Assembly: GCA_964016885.1 (NCBI GenBank)
Contig: OZ024741.1
Location: forward strand, 365,738,001-365,802,000
Length of the DNA: 64,000 bases
Origin: Eledone cirrhosa
Taxonomy: Eukaryota
Direction of reading: 5' to 3'
Shown in pieces: positions 57,482-64,000 of the stretch (within the stretch, counting starts at the first letter, position 1; every line of letters begins with the position of its first letter). The position numbers and the translations under genes are program-made. Under the pieces are notes generated by a model. That model was not told the origin of the DNA, ran no database searches, and worked only from the letters and a program-made list of their open reading frames with translations.

Positions 57482-58796
57482 GGGATTCTTTACATCCACA
57501 ACATTCTCCAGCAGGAATAGATTATTAAATGTAACAAATATCGCTACTAAATGCCAGCGGCTCCGCAATGAGATTTTTTTTTTCTTATTAGAGGCTTATT
57601 TATTTGAACTCACCACTATTCTATATTTAGATGATATAATGATCTAACATGTTTCATGTATTCTACGTCATGAACGGATAGTCAACCGGAAAAAAACACA
57701 AAAATATTTTCTATTGGCTGCTATAAAAAGATATATTCGAATATATTATCTTTAGAGTTACTGAAATAAAGAACTTCATCGGCAAATCTACATGAACATT
57801 CCTGAGTGATTAATTCTTTGGAATATCTTTGATCCATTTCGTTGTGAGAATATCCCTAATTTATATATATTTCGGCATATGTTTCCGTAGTGACTAGTTC
57901 GATTCAATGCAGCGCTTTGTATCCTTGAGCTAGAAAATTTAATTCACGTTGCCTTTGTCAACTTAGCTGGCAAAAATCAGTTTTGTGTAGAACTACATTA
58001 AGGGTAGACTGTTGAAGGATTATCTATTTGCACAATAATTTAATGAGCGGGATGTTCCGTTGGTCATAAAACAAGAATACTCGACGTCGGAAGTGATTGG
58101 AATCTAACGCACGCAGAATTGAGACAATTTGAAATATTTCTCGCTAGTTCTCTATCACTGCAACAACATAACGAATCAAAATGTCATGAATTGTAAGGAT
58201 TCCATTTTTTCGAAACTGGAGGATATATTTAATAGTTAATTTCCATAATTGATCCTTAGGCTTAAATTTGAAAAACTCTCTCCACACAGGATATCATTCC
58301 AATAAAATACAATTTCACTCTATTTCCGTTAATACTTCTGACTTAACAAATGTGCATCATTCTCGTAGGATACAGCTGAACCTAGCTATTATTAATGCTG
58401 CTTATTGAGGACATAAAGGCTACATTGAAATAAGGCTTTGTTCAAAATTTAAAATTAGATTTGCGATTATCAGAAATGTTGGTAACAATAATAATGGTTT
58501 CCTTAATGGCCACAAGGGCTAACACGAAGAAAAACATTACAGACGGCACAGAACAGTACAGGACGACACAAAATGGGTTTTGGTCGTGTAAATAGGTTAT
58601 AACACGATAGAAATCGGGATAGAAATCAATAAAATTCAAACAACAAAAATTCTCCCAAAAGGGGGGAAACCTCCGAGTGACCCCCAAAAGAGGGTCACTC
58701 GTGGTGAAAACCACACATAAAATACCACGGCCACCCTGAACACCAGGGCAAGCGCCCTCTCTCAGTTTTCCCACTCCTCAGACTACAGTCGCATAC

Positions 58797-61700
58797 TCAG
58801 AGCGGGCCGTTCACTCGGACCAGACCCGCCTCTTTCACCCATCTTTCAACAAACTTACTAGAAGACAGCACTTGCCTCTCCACCCTGATTTTCCTCTTCA
58901 AGTGAAACTTGAAAAAGTGAATCAGGGATTGGCCGGTGAGGAAAGTGTCCGTCTTCAACTCTTTCAACCTTTTCCACCACACAATCTCTTTCGCAATGGC
59001 CACAGGCAGATGAAAACTTCCTGCCCTTCCTTCTCTTTAAAGGAGGAAGGCGGGGCTATCTGCACAATGGACTCAGTCGATAACCGGATGCGTCCTACAC
59101 GCGACAGCAGCTGTTCGACATAGCTCCACAAGTCAGCAATCCTCGGGCACTGAACGAGTGCGTTCAGGACGGTTTCGTCGCCCCGCGCGCATCTCGGACA
59201 GGCTCGGCTGACCGCACCTCCATGCCTGTAGAGCTTATCCCGAACCAGCAACGCTCACCGGTAGCACTGCCAGGCCAGGGATTTCTGGAAGTTGTCCATA
59301 GACCCCGGTCTGAAAGTTCTCTTGAAGAGAGCGAACAGTTGATCGTCTTCGACGCCCAGGTCTACTCGAGAACGTCGTCGTTCTTTCCCTCCACTAGCAC
59401 TCTGTAGAACGCCGAGGTGAATTTTCCACCGATACTATTGCCCAGCTGGTAGAGGGCGGTGAGCGCTATATCTCAGTCTCTTCCTGATCCAGGACTGCAG
59501 CTCCGTCAAGCAGACGAGCTGGGGAAAAGCGCGTCTGGCAAACGGCGACCACACATGTTCACCGTCAAGGAAGCACCAGAGATGTCGCAGCCTCAGCGCA
59601 TGTTTGCGCACCATCAGCCACCGGGTATTGACAGCAAATGGATCGTCTGACCATGGGAGCACTTCCCTTTCACAAAAAGTGGAAGAGAAGGCGTTCCATC
59701 TTGGTCAGAGTTCGGCCGGGCAAGGTACGACGGTCAGGCGGTAGCAGATGACGGACGCGATGTACGTATTCGCCACCTCCGCTTGACCTTTCAGAGACAG
59801 CCTCCTCTCGGCCCATTTCAGGGTGAGAGAGGCCGCCCTGCTCGTCACCTCGCTCCAGTTTTTCTCCATCTGGAGGTACCGACCGAAACAGACCCCGAGC
59901 AATTTAACCGGTCCCTCCGTCCAGCGCCCCACGACGCTGTCGGACGGCGTGGACTTGCCTCTCCAGGTGCCGAGTTTCAAGCCCACCGATTTCTTGGTTT
60001 ATCTTTGCTCCTGTCATCGCTTCGTTTTCCTTGAGACCGGTGCCGAGCATCTGGACGTGTTTGTTGCTCAACACCACCACGGTGACGTCGTCGGCTTAAG
60101 CTGACACGGATCTCCCGCATCCCAGTTTGCGTGGGACCTCCCTCATCGTCTCCAATCTGTGTAGTAACGGCTCGAGGGTCAGTACGTACAAGAGGGACAA
60201 GAGGGGCAACCCAGGTGGACCGAGCGCATGATGCTGAAAGGCTCCGATAGGTGACAATTCACCCTCACAATCGAGCAGATGTCGCTGTGCATCACAGCCA
60301 TCCAGCCCCTGAAAACGGGCCCGAAGCCGGCCGCCTCGAGGACCGCAGCCAGGTACCGATGGTCGACCCTATCAAATGATTTAGATTGATCCAAGCTGAT
60401 CAGGGCCCTACCCGTGCCAGGTTCCTTAACCACCCTCTCTATGCTTAACGCCTGAGATGGAGGTTGTCGTGGATGGATCTGTCCGGATTGGCGCACCCTG
60501 CGCCTCTGCCACCAGATCACCGACGACAAGCGCCAATCTCTTAGCTAACACCTTGGCCAAAATCTTAAACTCTGCGTTTAACAGAGTTATGGGCCCGAAG
60601 TTGTCTATAACGTCCCCCTTGTTTGGGTCTTTTATCAGCAGCGCCACCGGTCCCCGGATCACAAAACTTGGAATGCTCCCGTTTAGCTGCCAGTTGCAGT
60701 AGACATCTGCCAGAGGTCGCCGAACAAGTCTGGCATATAGGCATAAAGCTCGTAGGGCAACCATCCAAACCAGTCACACATCGCTTTCCGTATTTCACCT
60801 GCTGTTATCAGCTTTTCGCAGCACTCTGCTGCGGTCGTCCAGAGCCGCGGCAGTCCGTCGAGGTATGCACCAAAATCCATACTACGATCCGGCCCGCCGC
60901 CGCTCCCGAACAATTGAGCAAAGTGCTGTTGAAAAGCCGCACACATCTGCTCGGGTTCGAGCAACAAGCGCCCGTTTGATCAGGCAATGACCGAATTGTG
61001 GACTTGTTGCCTCATCGCGCCTCCACCACCCGGGCCCATTGAACGGCTTTCGTCCCGTCGTCTCTTAGAGCACGCGCTCTAGCTCTGACAACGCAGCCTT
61101 CATGCTTTGCGTTGAAGAATTGGTCGAGTGCCTGTCCTAAACGCCTCTTCTAGCTTTCTAACTAACTCTCCCTCTACTCTATTTTCCTCTATCACCACTC
61201 CTTCATTAAACCTTATCGATTCTACTTTAATAGCCCTTTTCAGGGTAAACCACCACCTGTTGTTGACGATCGCACCCGTCAACGCATACTTAACTAATTT
61301 GCTAATCCTGTCTCTGTAAGCTTTGCGCGCTGGGAACGACGCGTTCAGCGTCCAGTTACCGGGCCTTTGCCGATGGAGTCTATCTAAGTCAACTTCACAG
61401 ATCACAAATTTGTGTTCCATGTAGTTGATTAATTTAAATTGTGGACAACCTACATTGGCCTTATCTCTTTCCCTACAGAATACCCTTTCTAAATACGATC
61501 TAGATGAGCCGATGCGGTTTGCCCATGTCCACATTGGCACATTCGGATAATCCAGTCTATACCTGTCAGACAGTTCAAAACGTCTGAGCAGATAGTTGAA
61601 GCTTTTACACCCTTCTGCTCTGTCTAGTAGCCCCACATAATCCCAGCGTGCATCTAAGATACCGTTCCACTCGCCCACTAACACTACAGAGCGGGACGTT

Positions 61701-62091
61701 CCAAGAAAGGTGTATAGACGTCTGAAGAAATCTGACCGTCCTACCCTTGTTGGGGCGTAGACGGCTCCTAGCCTGTAAGCATTGCCTTCGCTGCCGGTTA
61801 CGTCCGGCACGACCGACTTACCATCTGGGTCCAGGAAGATGGACCGTATGGAAAGATCCAAGCCTCTCCGAAAAAACACAAGAACTCCTCCCACGCTCCT
61901 GGGCGGTTGGGAGATGCGTATACATCGTAGCCGCCGAAGATCGGTGCGAAGACTCGTGCTCCGGAGATTCTGATCTCGCTGATGGCCACCACATCAATGT
62001 TTAGTGACCTGAGGTCATTGAGCAGGTGACCCTCCGTCCACGATGATCCCAGGCCACGTACATTTATACTGCCTGTTCTAAGTACGGCCAT
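58797..62091 (-). pseudogene. LINE ORF2 (APE endonuclease, RT, C-terminal CxxC/HxxxC-like region), fragmented
   Basis: GSINVRGL, AISE, VYAP, TW..SYLER, PITLLNAEFKILAKVLAKRL, LDQSKSFDRVDH, GCP, CPRC..ET..ALVQC. Confidence 0.88.
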
Positions 62092-62127
62092 GCTGGTTGA
62101 GGAACGGGATAAGGGAAAAAAGATTAC

Positions 62128-64000
62128 TTACCTTGATTGTATGGGGAAAGGACAGTAGAACCGTCCCTTCGGCTGATCATGGTTACCTCCAAGATGATAT
62201 CTGTATAGATTCTCTTGGAGAGTGACCCCTGAAATCCCCAACGCAGTTGGGGAATTTGTGATTAATTGTTTGTAATCTTCGCGTTCAATTTCCACAATGT
62301 TAATATTTTTTGGTAATGTTCTTGGTGTTGGTCGGGTGTGGTAATTTACGTCTGAAATATCGATATCCTGTTTTATATGTTCCATTAATGCTTGGTGTGC
62401 AATGTTTATGGCTGTGTACTTTTTGGGGGAGGGGTGGTTTTGTTGCTGTTTTCTTGTTGTTGCTATTGGGTGTGTGTGCTTTGTTGTGTTTGGGATGTTG
62501 TTGTTTGTGGTGATGCTGGTGGTGGTGTGGTTGTTGTTGGTGGTGATGGTGGTGGCGTTGCTACAAGTCGCCTTGCAGCCTTTACCCTTCTTTGTTTGTC
62601 CTCGCTATTGGAGGGCGAAGCTAAGTGGTTCTTTCGTTTTTGCTTTTTATGGTAGATCTTTTGCAACTTCAATCCCGGCTCATACTCCATGTCGGATTCC
62701 TTGGCGTCTGGGATGGGTATGTGCTGCACGGCTGTTGCAGCTACTGAAAATGTAGCTACTGGTGTTGCCGCCATTGATGTCGCTGATTTAGTTGTCCGTG
62801 GCCTTGGTATGGGTGCCACGGACGTTGCCCTCCTACTCACCATGTAATGGTCTTCTGCCTCTGTTGCCTGCCTTGCTCTTGGAAGCAGAGGATCAGGCGT
62901 CGGAAGGAGGGGGGGGGGCTCTTCTTGGCTGGTTTCTGCGGGCAGAAGGCCCTGAGATGACCTTTCTGCCCACAGCCATAGCATTTTGGGCGCCTTCCTT
63001 CCACGCTTATAGGGAGCGGAGTCATTCCTCGAGGTCTATGATATCTGGGATAGCCTCGATACACTCCTGGTAAGTTTGTATTAGCATTTGCATGCCTATA
63101 CCTGACCAGTTCACTCTTCCCATTTTCTGTATTTGCAGTATGGTGGTCCTGTCCTCCACTCCAGCAAGGACAGACGCAGCCAGCCAAGGTATGGGCACGT
63201 CAGGCGGAACCTGGGTCACTTTGACCCTCACAATTTTCTACCCTCAGTAGGAGGGCACCAAGACTATCTCCTCACACTTTAGAGTTTCCAAAGAGTGAGA
63301 CTTCGCGGGGTGGCGAAAAGTACGTCTATTGTGGCATAAGTTTTGCCTCGGGTAATGTGGGTTTTGTGCGCACCCCAAAGCCTTTTGGATTCGAGTCTCC
63401 GTGGCTCTCTCCACCCGATGTGACATTCTGCTTACGGTGCGGTAAGTCACCGTCCGTAGCTGCTTGTCCTTGAAAAAATCGGGTGGAGGTTTCAGTGAAA
63501 CTCTATTGTCATTTCTTGTTACCATTGCCCTTGCGACTGCCATCTCCTCCTCCATGACTAGCAGCGTTTCTATATTTCGGGCCACACATGCGAAAGAAGT
63601 GACCTCTTTTTCAGCGGCACCATTATTGCTGCCGCTAATGCTGCTACTGATCTTGTTGTTGTTAATGCTGGGTTCGTTGTTACTAGTATGGATGTCATTG
63701 TTGTTGTTTTCCTTGATATTGTTACTGTTGCTATTGTTGTTATTGTTGTTGTTGATGTTGTCGTTGTCACTGTTGTTGATATTGTTGTCTTTGTTGTCGG
63801 TGTTATTGTCATTGTTGCTGTTGTCGTTGATGTTCCTGTCGTTGTCGCTGGTGCTGTTGTCGTTGATGTTCCTGTCTTTGTCGATGGTGCTGTTGTCGTT
63901 GATGTTCCTGTCTTTGTTGCTGGTGCTGTTGTCGTTGATGTTCCTGTCGTTGTCGCTGGTGCAGTTGTCGTTGATGTTCCTGTCGTTGTTGCTGGTGCTG
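62128..64000 (-). pseudogene. LINE ORF1 (gag-like zinc knuckle; Asn/Asp/Ser-rich N-terminus), frameshifted
   Basis: VEGRRPKCYGCGQKGHLRAFC; the frame of 63244-63585 stays open upstream to the window end. Confidence 0.72.
63817..64000. repeat. 36-bp minisatellite (about 5 copies) within ORF1
   Basis: gatgttcctgtcgttgtcgctggtgctgttgtcgtt; the minus strand encodes NDNSTSDNDRNI. Confidence 0.9.

Larger units (their letters stand above)
58487..64000 (-). mobile_element. L1/Tx1-like non-LTR retrotransposon, near full length but decayed; runs off the window end
   Basis: ORF1 with CCHC knuckle; ORF2 with APE and RT motifs; many frameshifts; short AAT tail near 58487. Confidence 0.9.

Noticed and set aside
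63817-64000. 36-bp repeats as a CRISPR array
   Set aside because: No spacers, eukaryotic context, in frame within LINE ORF1

Overview
AT-rich, microsatellite-saturated metazoan DNA, most likely from an octopus/cephalopod: the SINEs resemble octopus tRNA-derived SINEs, recognised from memory. There is a 200-N scaffold gap and no convincing host-gene exon. Recognisable coding sequence is all transposon-derived: Penelope-like elements (PLEs; RT and GIY-YIG) of at least two clades, one with an ORF open off the left edge; a decayed L1/Tx1-like LINE (58.5-64 kb); RTE and CR1/Jockey-type LINE tails; two Tc1/mariner transposase relics; Helitron-type ends; and many SINEs. The most striking signal is non-coding: (1) about 20 hammerhead ribozyme (HHR)-type motifs from about 12 unrelated, mostly (TA)n-embedded fold-back or pseudo-LTR (pLTR) families; (2) a ~421-bp tandem repeat with one HHR per unit, resembling a retrozyme; (3) a bulged hairpin RCTC-[stem]-loop-[stem']-TY-GAGY that recurs with compensatory changes in at least 8 unrelated families, downstream of the HHR/AATAAA and a few nt from where the element copies end. 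All motif calls were made by eye; no searches or folding programs were run.
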